A stretch of DNA of 64,000 bases from Octopus vulgaris (lineage: Eukaryota), in assembly GCA_951406725.2 (NCBI GenBank), contig OX597814.1:178560001-178624000 (forward strand), in the 5' to 3' direction. This document shows positions 28,070 through 41,535 of this stretch, one piece after another (position 1 is the stretch's first letter; each line of letters opens with the position of its first letter). The notes beneath the pieces are model-generated. The model worked only from the letters and a program-made list of their open reading frames with translations. It did not search any database and was not told where the DNA came from. Both the position numbers and the translations under genes were made by a program.

Positions 28070-28645
28070 GTTGTCGTTGTCGTCGTCGTCATCATTATCA
28101 TCATCGTCATCATCATCGTCGTCATCGTTATCTGAATCGTCATCGGAGTATTGAACCAAACGAATGAGGGCGTGTCTATGTGGTCTGTGAAACCACTAGA
28201 AATAGCAACCAAATTTTCCACCACCAACACCAGCACCACCACCACCACCAACAACAACAGAAACAACTACCCCCCCCCACACACACACACACCGAAACGC
28301 CACCAATAAACCGTCACTAACGTTACCATCACCAACCACTTGTATCCTCTATATGGTCGATCGCTTTGCTAGAAATATCAGTAAAATCTCATTCAAGTCA
28401 CATCGAACCATCTTCGGTAAAGAAAGACGACACGTTAGTTAATTGTTGTCGTAGATTGCGCAGTCAGAAAATAAATTGATGGAATGGTCACGGATGGAAG
28501 CATCTTTGATGATATGTCTACTCAATCAAAGTGTTGTTCTCGGTGCTGAACAATAGCTGTACTGCCACCGCAACTAGCCTAGTACTTCTGCCTCTCCCTC
28601 CAGCAGCAACACCAACAATATCAACAATGATAACAACAACAAACA

Positions 28646-28686
<41 letters not shown>

Positions 28687-28931
28687 ACAGTAATAACAGC
28701 AGCAGCAACAACTACGCTACCACTTCCTGTGCTACCGCCAGCACTACATTATGAACTACAAGATTACTACTATCACCCAAACCCTATCACCACAAAAACT
28801 GTCATTTAAACAGAACTACTTCCACAATAACAGAACTATCACCAAAACCGGCTTCACCAAAAGCACCACCACCACCACCAACAACAACAACAATAACCAC
28901 AACAACAACCACAACTACTACTACTACTACA

Positions 28932-29002
<71 letters not shown>

Positions 29003-29125
29003 CGTGACTCTCCCATCACATCAAGTCTAATGGAGTGTCCACAACCACCACGATCACCACCACTGTTAACAGCGACAGCAAAAACAACAATAACGACAAC
29101 AGCAACTACTATTACAACAACAACA

Positions 29126-29157
<32 letters not shown>

Positions 29158-29584
29158 GGCCGTGACACTTCCAGCAAATCAAAACTACTGCCGTGACCAC
29201 AACCGTTACCACTACTGCTAACAAAAACAACAACAACAACAACAACAACAGCAAACAGAAACAACACCAGCAGCCCCCAACACATCCATCACCACCACCA
29301 CCACCAGCAACAATCACAACAACACCGCTGCCCGACCATCAAGATCACCAGCACCGTCTATATATACCATTAATGAATATCGACGCCAACCCCAACGACA
29401 AAATCATCCTCTTGGCCGTCAACTCGAACACGCAAACGTCTTAAGACAACTAAATCATTCATTTAGGTTTCATTCATGCATTCATTCATTCATTCATTCA
29501 TTCGTTCGTTCGTTCGTTCGTTCATTTATTCCTTGTTTCTGCTTCCGTTTCCTTCTACTATTCTTCCTTCTTTTTCTCTATCCG

Positions 29585-29625
<41 letters not shown>

Positions 29626-31060
29626 TTATCCCTCTCTTTCTCTCTTTTTCTTACTCTTTCTCTCTCTTTCTGTCTTTCTCTCTCTCTTTATCCTTGTCTC
29701 CTTAATCTAAGTCTCACACTTCTTCCTCTTACTTTTCCTCTCATTTCTCTTTCTCATTCTATCTTTCTTTTTCTTCATGCTTTCTCTCTCTCTCATATAC
29801 ACACCTTGCTTACACTCACGCACACAACCACTCCAAACACGCACGCACACGCACACACAAACACACACACACATACATACACACACATACATATATACAT
29901 ACATACATACATACATACATACATACATACATACATACATACATACATACATACATACATACTACATACATACACCGCTCTAAAATCCTATAGTTTCGCT
30001 TTGCTCTCTCTCCTTCTGTCACATCCTATGTCTCTCCTTTCTCCGTCTCTTTTCCTTCTTCCTTACTCTCTCTCTGTCCCTCTCTCTCGTTACCATATGT
30101 TCGTATCATCTCTTCCAATATTTAACTGCTTCTCTTTTCACACTCGTTCATTGCATCTCTCTAAATCCTCCCTCATTCATACTGTTTTTATCTGATTCCA
30201 ACTCCATCCTTCCACCCCCTCTCTCTCTCTCTCTTCCTCCTGCTCTATCTATCACGCTCTTCTTATGGTGTGACGCCACTATTACTATTTCTACCGCCCA
30301 CCTCACTCTTCATTCTCCTCCCCTTTCACTTCTTCTACCCCCTCCTCCTACTCTTTCTCCAACTAGTACCATTTGATGATGCCGATGCCGAAGATGCTCG
30401 ATACTACTACTACTACTACTACTACGGGAGAATGGAAATGATGTCGTTTTTGTTTCGTTGGAAAACTAGAACAACTCGCTGAAGCGACCCCTCTTGAGTA
30501 ATTCACGGTGCTATGGGAATATCGCAGTGTTTGCTTTATTTTTACATTGCTTCTTGCTTTGTTTACCGTGATGACATGTGTTGCTGTTCTAATGGTCACA
30601 TTGGTAACGTTATAGTGATACTGGGTTGTTTGTGATGCAGCTGCTGCTGTTGTTTTTGCTCCTACCTCCGCTAGGCGGTGTTGTGATGGTGGCAGTTGTG
30701 AAGGTAGTAGTTTTGGTGAGGTTGTTGGTAAGTATTATTTATGTGGTGATTTTGAGCAAGAGTTTACAAGACAGATATAATAAAATTAATTACAGGAAAA
30801 TATAATGAAATGTATGCATCTAACATTTTTTTTAACAATAAAGTTCTTCTTAATAGTCGAAAGTATATATAAACACATACATACATGCATAGGTGCGTAC
30901 ACGTATATACATAAATGTATAAGTACCTTGTGTGTGTGTCTTCCAAGTAAGTTTTATATTTATATATACATATATTCATATATATATATACATGCATTTA
31001 TATACATGAATATATATACATGCATATATAAACATATATATACATACAGATAGATAGATC

Positions 31061-31149
<89 letters not shown>

Positions 31150-31211
31150 CAGATATATAGATAGATAGAGAGAGAGATATCTAGTTGTTATAGTTGTATT
31201 TAGGTAAGGCA

Positions 31212-32487
31212 TCAGGTAATCCCATAAGTTCTGTCCGATTTTACCTTTATTAAAAAATTGAATAAAATTTAATAGTATTTTAGAATGTCTAATGGAATTA
31301 AAAATTATTTTTATGCATTTCTGTACATTTAAACTAATTAAATATTATTTTACAGAATAATACAATTAAACTTTTTTTTTATTAAAACACTTTCTGACAT
31401 GGAAGTATCCAAAGAGCATTTGAGGCACATAATACTTTATGAGTACGAAAAAGGAAACTCTGCAGCCGAAGCCACTTGAAACATACACTCAGTTTATGGG
31501 AAAGAATGTATGAAAGAACTTGCAGATGGTTTGCAAAATTCAGAAGTGGAGATTTCAGCCCTGAAGATGAAGATCGAACAGGACGTCCAGTAGAGTGTGA
31601 TGATAAGCTCCTTGAGGCATTACTTGAAGAAAATCCTGCATTATCAGTTGAAGGATTGGAAATAAAGCTTAGTTCAAACAGTCCATCGTCATCTTCAACT
31701 ACTTGGAAAAGGTTCCTAAACTTGGAAAATGGGTGCCTGGTGAATTGTCCGAAAGCAACAGCAAATCCCGAGTTGACATCTGCTCTTCTCGCCATTCCCG
31801 CGAACTCATTTCACCCTTTTTAGATAGACTTGTGACTGGTGACGAAAAATGGATCTTCTATCGAAATGTTAAAAGTCGTAAGCAGTGACTTGGTGAAAGG
31901 GAAAAAGCTCAACCACAACCGAGAAGGGAACTTCATGGGAAAAAGTTTCTTCTCTCTGTCTGGTGGGATTACAAAGGAGTAATTCACCTGAATTGTTACC
32001 ACCTAATGCAACAATAAATGCTCAAGTCTACTGTCAGCAATTAGAGCGTTTGAACCAAGCTTTGAAGAAAAAAAGACCCGCTTCAGTGAATCGAAAAGGA
32101 GTGATGTTTCATCAGGACAATGCGCGACCCCACACTGCAAAGATCACATCACAGAAGATCGAAGAGCTTGGTTGGGAAAAAATTCCCCATCCACTTTATT
32201 CTCCCGACCTTGTTTCTTCACACTACCATTTGTTTCATAGTTTACAGAATCATTTGGAGGAGATAACTTTCGCAAGCCAGGAAGAGGTCGAAACTGACAT
32301 TTCGGAGTTCTTCGCTTTGAAACCAAAAGAGTTTTACATTGATGGGATTCAAAAGCTTATAAATAGATGGAAGGAAGTCATAGATAATCAGGGAAAGTAC
32401 ATTGATCATTAAATTTCAATTAAACAAACATTTGATTACTTGTTTTCTTTTATTCAAAATTCGAACAGAACTTATAGGATGACCTGA
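31212..32487 (+). mobile_element. mariner (DD34D) DNA transposon, full length, inactive
   Basis: TIRs TCAGGTAATCCCATAAGTTCTGTCCGATTT and, as reverse complement, TCAGGTCATCCTATAAGTTCTGTTCGAATT; TA on the right flank (left flank CA). Confidence 0.95.
31399..32412 (+). pseudogene. mariner transposase pseudogene
   Basis: MEVSKEHLRHIILYEY..., WFAKFRSGDF, WVPGEL, VTGDEKW, HQDNARPH and YSPDLVSSHYHLF (third catalytic D replaced by H); stops and frameshifts. Confidence 0.95.
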
Positions 32488-33080
32488 TACATATCACAAT
32501 TGAAAATTCGAGAAAAATTGTTCACAAGAGTTACTATATCTCAAAACAGGGAATTGGTAAAATTTGTGAGGTATTATTTATTCATCATTGCACAAGCTTC
32601 ATTTGCTAATATGTATTACGATGTCGTATCAGCTAGATAAACGTGTAAGAAATTTCCCATTAGAAACTTTAGAGACAGAGAATCATAAAATACAAAATAG
32701 TTGGCTTTTATATGGAAATCAATGAACCATATGTACAGCTGTTCTAGAAACAGTTATTCTAGAAACTGCTGTAAGAGACTCTATGCATGAATTCTTACTT
32801 ATTTACTGTAACAAATCTACAATTACTTTAAAATTATTAATTACTCTTACTCTAAGATGATACCGCATGTCTAGCTTGTTCATTCTTTCTTTCTAATATC
32901 TATCTATCTGCTCAATGATGAACCACTTATAGTCCATCATTGCAACAACAGTACTTTTGCTTTAGTCGCAGTTCCAGTCGCAGTTTTAGTGGTAAACCAA
33001 CCTGTGCATTATGCCTAATACATTACGTCATTAGACGCAATTTTATCTGTACACACACACACTCACACATACAAACATAT

Positions 33081-33333
33081 ACATTATTTACGTTTGACAG
33101 ACATTTGTCCTCATCTTGTTTGTTGTTAACACAACGTGTCGGCTGATATACCGTCCAGCATTTGTCAGGTGTCTTAGGGAAATTTCGAACCTGGGTTCTC
33201 ATTCCTAAGGTATTTTTCGATGCTGTTGTTGTTGATATTATTATTATTATTATTATTCAGGTTACTACTTAAAATCGAACTCGGAATCTTGGGGTTAATA
33301 GCCCGCACTCTTAACCACTAAGCCATATGCCCG
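33081..33333 (-). mobile_element. tRNA-headed SINE family E with (AAT)n spacer and hammerhead-like 3' domain
   Basis: The minus strand reads TGGCTTAGTGG (A box)...GAGTTCGATT (B box), (AAT)n, then GACAC CTGACAA A TGCTG..CAGCC GACA CGTT GTGTT. Confidence 0.8.
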
Positions 33334-33334
33334 T

Positions 33335-33732
<398 letters not shown>

Positions 33733-33939
33733 TTTTAACCCTATAACTCCTTCTTCTCTCTTTCTTTCACCCTCTTTTGCTTCCTTCCTCTCTCTATATA
33801 TATCTCTCTCACTCCTCCTCATCTCTCTCACAGCCGGGTCTACGAACTTCTTTTCGCCGGTAGCCTTGTTCAAGTAAACATGTTTCTTCCTGCGCTCCTG
33901 AAAAAATTTTTTTTTTTCCTCGTCTAGGCTTATAGGCCC

Positions 33940-34400
33940 TCTTTATTTGTTTTCCTGTCCTGTTTCTATTCATTCTTGTACTGTATTTTTTGTAATTGTA
34001 TTTTATTTTGTATTTGTTTTTAATTGTATTGTTTTTACGTCCTGTTTTTGTCATATTTTTTTCTTCTGCAAAGGAATTTTATTTAATTCTTTCGCAGGAA
34101 GGACTAGTTCGACGAGACGTGTTCTGTCCTCACCTTCAAAACACGCTGGATTTAAACTAGGGACAGCTGAGGAAGGGGATTTTCCCTTGTGTAGTTCTCT
34201 TGTACTCAGTTTTTTCGCTGTTAAAAAAATGGTCCGTTCCATGCTGTTTTTACGTTTTCGTTTCTCGTTGAGTTCTACGTCTATTTGTGGTGTCCTGTAC
34301 ACACGTATATATATTTATACATGCATGTATATATACATGTAGATGTAGGTACGTACATATATGTTTGTATGTATGCATATATTTTATTTATTACACTATT
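33940..34400 (+). mobile_element. Interspersed repeat family F
   Basis: CGCAGGAAGGA...CCTTC..CTGAGGAAGGGG...GGTGTCCTGTAC...CATGTAGATGTAGGTACGTACATATATG is shared with 49160-49485 (minus) and 51780-52170 (plus). Confidence 0.8.
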
Positions 34401-34472
34401 GTATGACTGAGCGCCTTCGCGTCGATTCGATTCGATTCGTTTGGTTTCGTTTCGTTTCTTCTTCTCTAAGCT

Positions 34473-34569
<97 letters not shown>

Positions 34570-34570
<1 letters not shown>

Positions 34571-34853
34571 GAGGCGCAATGGCCTAGTGGTTAGGGCAGC
34601 GGACTCGCGGTCGTAGGATCGTGGTTTCGATTCCCAGACCGGGCGTTGTGAGTGTTTATTGAGCAAAAACACCTAAAAGCTCCACGAGGCTCCGGCAGGG
34701 GGTGGTGATCCCTGGTGTACTCTTTCACCACTCTTTCTCCCACTCTTTCTTCTGTTGGCCTGCTCGCTTAGCCAGCGGGGTTGCGTCATTCGAAGGCTAA
34801 AACAATGCGATGTGTAACTACATTTGATGGACTGGTCGGTCACGTGATGGTGA
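34570..34853 (+). mobile_element. tRNA-derived SINE family A (Arg-TCG-like anticodon loop)
   Basis: TGGCCTAGTGG A box, GCGGACTCGCGGTCG anticodon-arm-like segment, GGTTTCGATTCC B box; ends CACGTGAT next to (TA)n. Confidence 0.9.
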
Positions 34854-35377
34854 TATATATATATATATATATATACGAACACATATGTTCCTGATAATTG
34901 CTTCAGCTTGTCAGACAATAGACCTTCATTATTCATTGTTCAGCGAAAATGGACAAGATTAGCTGATGAGACATCTGTACATCATCCTGTGACATACGCT
35001 TGTATAACACTTATGTTACTCTGTTAGTGTTTCTAATTAAATATCCTGTGACAAACAAATCAAGTTGGCTAGAAAATATTAGCAACCGGTCTTATACCAG
35101 GAGAAATTTTTCTGCTTTTTCCAATAAGAGAATGTTCGCAAAATGTTTTACTATATCTCCAGATACAATCACGGGTGTCTCTATCCACCTGCACGAAAAA
35201 TATAAAACAGTGAAAATTTAAACATAAGAGAAACTACCTTTAACAGGTAATTTTACACGCTAGAAGAAGCAGTCAAAAAACGACCAAAACGACATTTAAG
35301 AACAATTTCGAAGGGAATGAAAAATAAAAACTTTTACCTTGTTATTTTTTTTACGGTTATATCTAGGTTTCGAAGTT

Positions 35378-35662
<285 letters not shown>

Positions 35663-36445
35663 CATATAAATTATAGCCAGCACTGATTTTGTTACGACGT
35701 TTCGTACCCGACACGTCAGACGTAAACAAACAATGAGACTGAAGATGAAAAAATAGATAATGGACGTATATCTAATACTTCGTGAGCTTTTGCTCATTCA
35801 ATAGTGCCCATCAAATCTGCGAATCATCCACGAAGTCAGTGCTGAAATATCCACTACATATAGCAGTGTGACGTTATTGGATATAGCAATTTACATATTA
35901 AACACACTCCTGGAAATGTGTACGTAAAATATTAATGACTTGCAGACACAGAGTATTTAAGTGATTTAAGAGCACTGCTAACACAGTAGTGCACGGTATT
36001 CACTTATAAGGCATTTTAATATACTGCGTAACATATTATGGTTGCATTACGAAATACCATGTGGCTACAAATCCTTAATCTAGAGATGACAGCTGCAATC
36101 TATCAAAGGTACTTTCAGAATATACAGAGCATTCTATAAATTCAGAATTTAATAAAGTCTACATATGCAACAACATCCATATATTGTGTATGCTTATACG
36201 TTTTTATACGTTCGTTGCTACATGTTATTAACTGTGTTGTTTCTTTAAAATGTTTTACATCGTTGACGTGATGCTAGTGTTTTTATCTTATTGCTATGTA
36301 TGAAGTAGCATGGTTTACATATACTTTAGTGTGTGTGTGTTTGTGTGTGTGTGAGTGTGCTTGCAGGAGTGTTTGTGAAGAAACATTTTGTGTTCAGTAT
36401 AAATTTATAAATTTTAGAGTAAAGCTTTAAATCCGTTCGGGTTTA

Positions 36446-36810
36446 TAGAAATATCATTATTTCTAATTCTCTCTAAAGGAGACTACGGCAGCGGTACAAG
36501 AAATTAATAGTTATCGCCAAGCTAAGATGGCAGTCCAGAAACATAGGACGAAATAATCCTTCGAATAGTCGGTCAGCAGCGACACCTGCTGGGTTCGACT
36601 ACTCCACATTGATAAGAAACAAACACCCCGAAACTACTCTGTGGATGCCAGACGAGCGAGTGGGTGGAGGGAGCTGTTCGAAGATATAATAGACACAAGT
36701 TTGTGTGTCACATAGCTAGCTAGAAACGATGGCCTCTTGGAGCTAATCAACGGCAGCATTCGTCCTATTTTCTGGACTGCCATGTCAGCTTGGCGATAAC
36801 TATTAATATA
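36446..36810 (+). mobile_element. Complete fold-back hammerhead-bearing element with 12-bp TSD
   Basis: TSD CGTTCGGGTTTA at 36434-36445 and 36811-36822; inverted arms 36503-36552 and 36759-36807; hammerhead-like motif 36603-36645. Confidence 0.85.
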
Positions 36811-36879
36811 CGTTCGGGTTTAGTTTTCTATATTGCATTTGATAATCTATTTTACTTTTCTCACATTATCTGAATTTGA

Positions 36880-37425
36880 TATTTAATGTGAAAACAGCGG
36901 CATTTGGTCTATAAAATAAGTAAGTACCAGTTGATCACAGGTGTCGATGCAGTTACATAACTCCATTCCTCGAAATATTATTGCTTGAAGCGCGGCAGCG
37001 AGCTGGTAGATTCGTTAGTACGCTGCAGTAAATGCTCGCGGCATTTCGTCCGTCTTTACGGTCTGAGTTTAAATTCTGCAGAGTTCGATTTCGCCTTTCA
37101 TCTTTGCGGTGTCGAAAAATAAGTACCGGCTGGTAACTGGGGTCGATGTAATCAACATATACTCTCCCCCAAAATAACTAACCTTATGTCAAAATTTGAA
37201 ACCAATTTTATTATTTGAAACGAGGCGGTGTGCTAGCAGTTTCTTTAGCACGCCGGACAAAATACTTAGCGGCATTTCTGTTTCAAATCCCGCCGTAGAC
37301 GAATTTGCCATTCAATCACTCGGGGTCGATAAAATAAGTACAAGTTGAGTCCGCAAGTTTATTTAATCCACTTACGCACCTTCCATGAAATTGTTGACCG
37401 TGTGCTAAAATTTGAAACCAATATT
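36880..37425 (+). mobile_element. Cluster of old SINE family C copies
   Basis: Three AATAAGTA(C/A)..GT motifs and two AAAATTTGAAACCAAT 3' ends. Confidence 0.75.
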
Positions 37426-38152
37426 GAATGTAAAATTTTATGATTGATGATTGGCTTTCTATATTATAATTTCTATTTCATTTCACTATATTGCAGTGGA
37501 AATATCAGTTGCTTTCTATCCTGTTGGTGCACCTCATTGATAATAATATTTATACCATTACAAAGTGTACATCAAAACTAAATTTTCCAAAGCAAAAAGC
37601 TTACTTGTTTGCATAAAATTCTCTTGTGAAGAACATCTTTTAAATATTACTGAAAGCACGCAGCTTATTGGAATACGTTATTTACGTTCGTACCTCTTAA
37701 TTCACTTACTTTCTCCTACAAACCCATGATTGATACATAGATTTGAAGCACCTTATCTTCGACTTTAATTCTTCAATGTTCTATGCTGATGAAATCATAA
37801 GGATATCGAAGCCTGCTTCAACAGATGATATGAAAATATAAAAAGAAAAGAAAACAGAAACTATAGAGAATGCTGCATGTAAACAATATTTGAACATGTA
37901 CAGCATTTTTTTGCACTATACTGACATGGCTCATAAGTAAAAAGTTTCGTTCGTGTCCATGTGGTTTCGGGTTCACTTACACCTTGGGTAAATGTCTCCT
38001 ACGATAGCCTTCGGGTAAACAATGTTAGTAAACTTGGAAGAGGAAACTATGTGGAGACCCTTAAACTATGTGTGTATATATATATATATATATATAGACA
38101 TATACACACCTGTCTTCGTCTTTTGTTTTGTTTGTTTTTTATAAATTCCAAC

Positions 38153-38183
<31 letters not shown>

Positions 38184-38352
38184 ATGTGTGTGTGTGTGAG
38201 TGTGTGTGTGAGTGTGTAATATTTGGGACTAATGAGAATGTGTCAGTTAGTGTACTGATATGTTGAGTAAAGCACTGGCACGACTTGGAATTGGTATAAC
38301 GATGGAATTGGTATAATGCTTTATACCAATTCCATTTTCTGTTTACTTAATG

Positions 38353-38413
<61 letters not shown>

Positions 38414-38551
38414 AAGTTCAAATCGCACGTGCCCCGAATGGGCTGGAGTATTTCTATTTTGGATGTATTTGGGGTACTTAGTTGTGCCCATGACTTAGTA
38501 TTTGCTTCTTCCATGGGTATGAGTAAGTATCTCATTTATTTCTTTTGCCAC

Positions 38552-38609
38552 ATGTATCACTGACGAAGAGAGGGCTCTTAGTAGCTAACTCTGAAATCGG
38601 TCCGATATG
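38552..38609 (+). ncRNA. Minimal type-I hammerhead ribozyme candidate
   Basis: TGTATCA CTGACGA AGAG..GGCT..AGCT..CTCT GAAA TCGG TC CGATATG: intact core boxes; stem I has one mismatch next to the core. Confidence 0.65.
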
Positions 38610-38757
38610 GTAATAATGGAATTTTTTAGAAATTTCTGTCAGCCTTTTTTCGAGTAGCGTGCGTATTGTGAAAAAATTATATGGTTATATGTCCAATTTT
38701 TCGGCATATTTGGCATTAGAACTTTTTTCTTTTGGCCCTCATTTATGAATTATGTAA

Positions 38758-38820
<63 letters not shown>

Positions 38821-38844
38821 CACGCACATGGTCACGTACGCACG

Positions 38845-38956
<112 letters not shown>

Positions 38957-39639
38957 CACGCGTGGATACTGAAATGTTTATAGCTCTCGGTAAATGTAAA
39001 ACAGGAGAATTAGATACACACAATTATTGCAGCGGTCCTTCAGTTTTTACCAAGCCCTATAAAAGAACTCGGAAGATTATACCCCCAAACTGGCCTTTCG
39101 TAACACCATTAAAGTCAGAAACTATGAGTGTTATTGAGACTGAAGTCTTACTACTTCATAAATGTTAGCTTGGATCAGCAAAAGCTGCGAGAGAATAAGT
39201 ACTAGATATAAAACATTAGGTACCAGTGTCAATCCAATCGAGTAGATTCTGCAAAATAATGTCCCTAGAATGGTTTCTCTCTGATGACAGGGAGAAGTAA
39301 CAAAATTGAATAGTTCAACTGACGAAAGGAAAAAATTAAATCAGTTACAGTGAATTTTTTTATTACTGGTTAACATAATATAAACCTTTTGGTAGATTCG
39401 AATAGTTAAATGCTTATCTGATCAATACAGGATTGTATCTACCCTGCAAGAACATGAAAAGAAACTAAACTATTCATATACATATATACGTATGTTATTA
39501 TTGAGTTTATTACAAGATTTTTTGCCAGTAGTGAAAGAACCGTAACCGGTTTCTAAACTGGATCCAAAGCTTCTTCATTGGAATTTCAACATCAACAACA
39601 GGGTATCTTTGTTTATTTGTATGTATATATGTATGTGAC

Positions 39640-39840
39640 CGCGTGTGTATCGTTGGCGATTTTCTTTCTCCGTCTTCCCTTCCTTGGATCATTCTTTTTT
39701 CTATATTTCTGACGAAGAGCTCCGCTCGAAACGTTAATCCTCGTTCTTTCTTTCGTTTCCTGAGCGTCCAATAACACTATACTTGTTCCACATCCTCGCG
39801 TTGTTGTGTTTTCTCTTTGTTCATGTTTGGATTAACTATG
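39640..39840 (+). mobile_element. Repeat family G with minimal hammerhead core (39706-39737)
   Basis: TTT CTGACGA A GAGC TCC GCTC GAAA CGTT AA; related copy at 48935-49120 (minus); 3' fragments near 38105 and 50405. Confidence 0.7.
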
Positions 39841-40493
39841 TATATATTTATATGTATGTATGTATGTATGTATCTATGTATGTATGTATGCAAAGGTCTA
39901 TACATATGCATACATATACACGTATACGCACACACCTATGCGCCCGCACGCATACACACACAAATGTTTGTACGTGTATGTACGTATGTATATAAGCATT
40001 GCAGCCATGTAATTCTGGGTGCAGTCTCACGCTGTGACACTCGGGGCATGTGCCTTTACTATTCTCCCGTGTCAACCAAGTGAATTTGGTAGACGTAATG
40101 AGTGTTTGTGTGTGTGCGTGTGTGAGTGCGTGTGCGTGCTTGCGCATATATATGTGCGTGTTCGTCCGCGTATGCGCATGCGTGTGTGCTTGTGTGTGTG
40201 TGTGTATGTTTGTGTATATTTCCAATCGCTTGGCAACCAATGTTGTCTTATTTACGTCCTTCTTATCTGTTTACATGTCTTATAGATATATTTCTGTGAT
40301 GTTTAACACTATATTTCTATAAAAAGATTCTTCTTCAAGACGAATACCACAGTTTAGCATGCTCTAGACAATATATTTGCTTTAAGTATGATATTCACAC
40401 TGCAATTTTGAACTAATGTTCCTTCTGTCTCGAATAACGAAGTTGCAATCAACCTCCGGTTAAATGCAACATCAGTGATTTTCAACAACGAAT

Positions 40494-40529
<36 letters not shown>

Positions 40530-40912
40530 ATGTGTGTGTGTGTGTGCGTGCGTGCGTGCATGCGTGCGTGTGCGTGCCTATCTTTCATCATTTACTTGAT
40601 TAAATCACTGGGCGCCGGCCGTGCTGGATCACCGTATTGAGTCATAAGGTCCCAAACCCAATTCTTATTTTTTACAAAATTCTGGTACATATTCTACCGG
40701 TGTCTTTCGCCGAACGAACCACTAAATTACGGGGATATAAGCAAACCATCACCGGTTGTCAAGCGGCAGCAGGGAACAAATAAGAGACAGACAATCCGAC
40801 AGACAAAAACAGAGAGTGGAAAAGAGAGAAAATGGGGAACCCTTTGATATTATTTGATCGATATTTACATCCTACGCGGAAGGAGGCATGTTTACAAGGT
40901 TGTTAGATATCT

Positions 40913-41125
40913 CTTTTACTCCTTTACTTGTTTCAGTCCTTTGACTGTGGCTATGCTGGAGCACCGCCTTTAGTCGAGCAAATCGACCGTAGAACTTATT
41001 CTTTGTAAGCCTAGTACTTATTCTATCAGTCTATTTTGCCGAACCGCTAAGTTATGGGGATGTAAACACAGCAGCATCAGTTGTCAAGCGATGCTGGGGA
41101 GACAAAGACAGACACACAAACATAT

Positions 41126-41182
<57 letters not shown>

Positions 41183-41395
41183 CATACATACATACATACA
41201 TACATACATACATACATACATACATACATACGACGGACTTCTTTCAGTTTCCGTCTACCAAATCTGCTCACAATGCTTTCGTGGGCCCGAGACTATAGCA
41301 GAAGACACTTGTCCAAGATACCACACAGTGGGACTGAACCCGGAACCATGTGGTTCGTAAGCAAGCTACTTACAACACAGTCGCTCTTACGCCTA
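40913..41395 (-). mobile_element. SINE family B, full length with expanded internal microsatellite
   Basis: Same head and tail as 24926-25314. Confidence 0.9.
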
Positions 41396-41535
41396 CTAAC
41401 AATTTATTATTATATGTTAACATTTTATTCACTATTGATTTTCATGATGATGTTGTCCTCGAGTAATTAATGTTGGTGAGTTATTGCTTTTAATTATGCT
41501 AATTATGCTAATTTTACATGGCTGTTCGTATACAT

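Larger units (their letters stand above)
22080..29460. repeat. ~7.4-kb strand-biased trinucleotide field (CAT/CAC/CAA/CTA/CTG) with interspersed SINEs
   Basis: Direct reading; source of the poly-M/S/H/D/P/T ORFs. Confidence 0.9.

Noticed and set aside
30504-30620. snoRNA or pre-miRNA interpretation of the hairpin and GTGATGA box
   Set aside because: No H box or second hairpin, no downstream CTGA D box, and too many bulges for a canonical pre-miRNA.
37780-37826. CTGATGA-hairpin-GAAG hammerhead-like string
   Set aside because: GAAA box and cleavage triplet are not preserved; stem I is doubtful.
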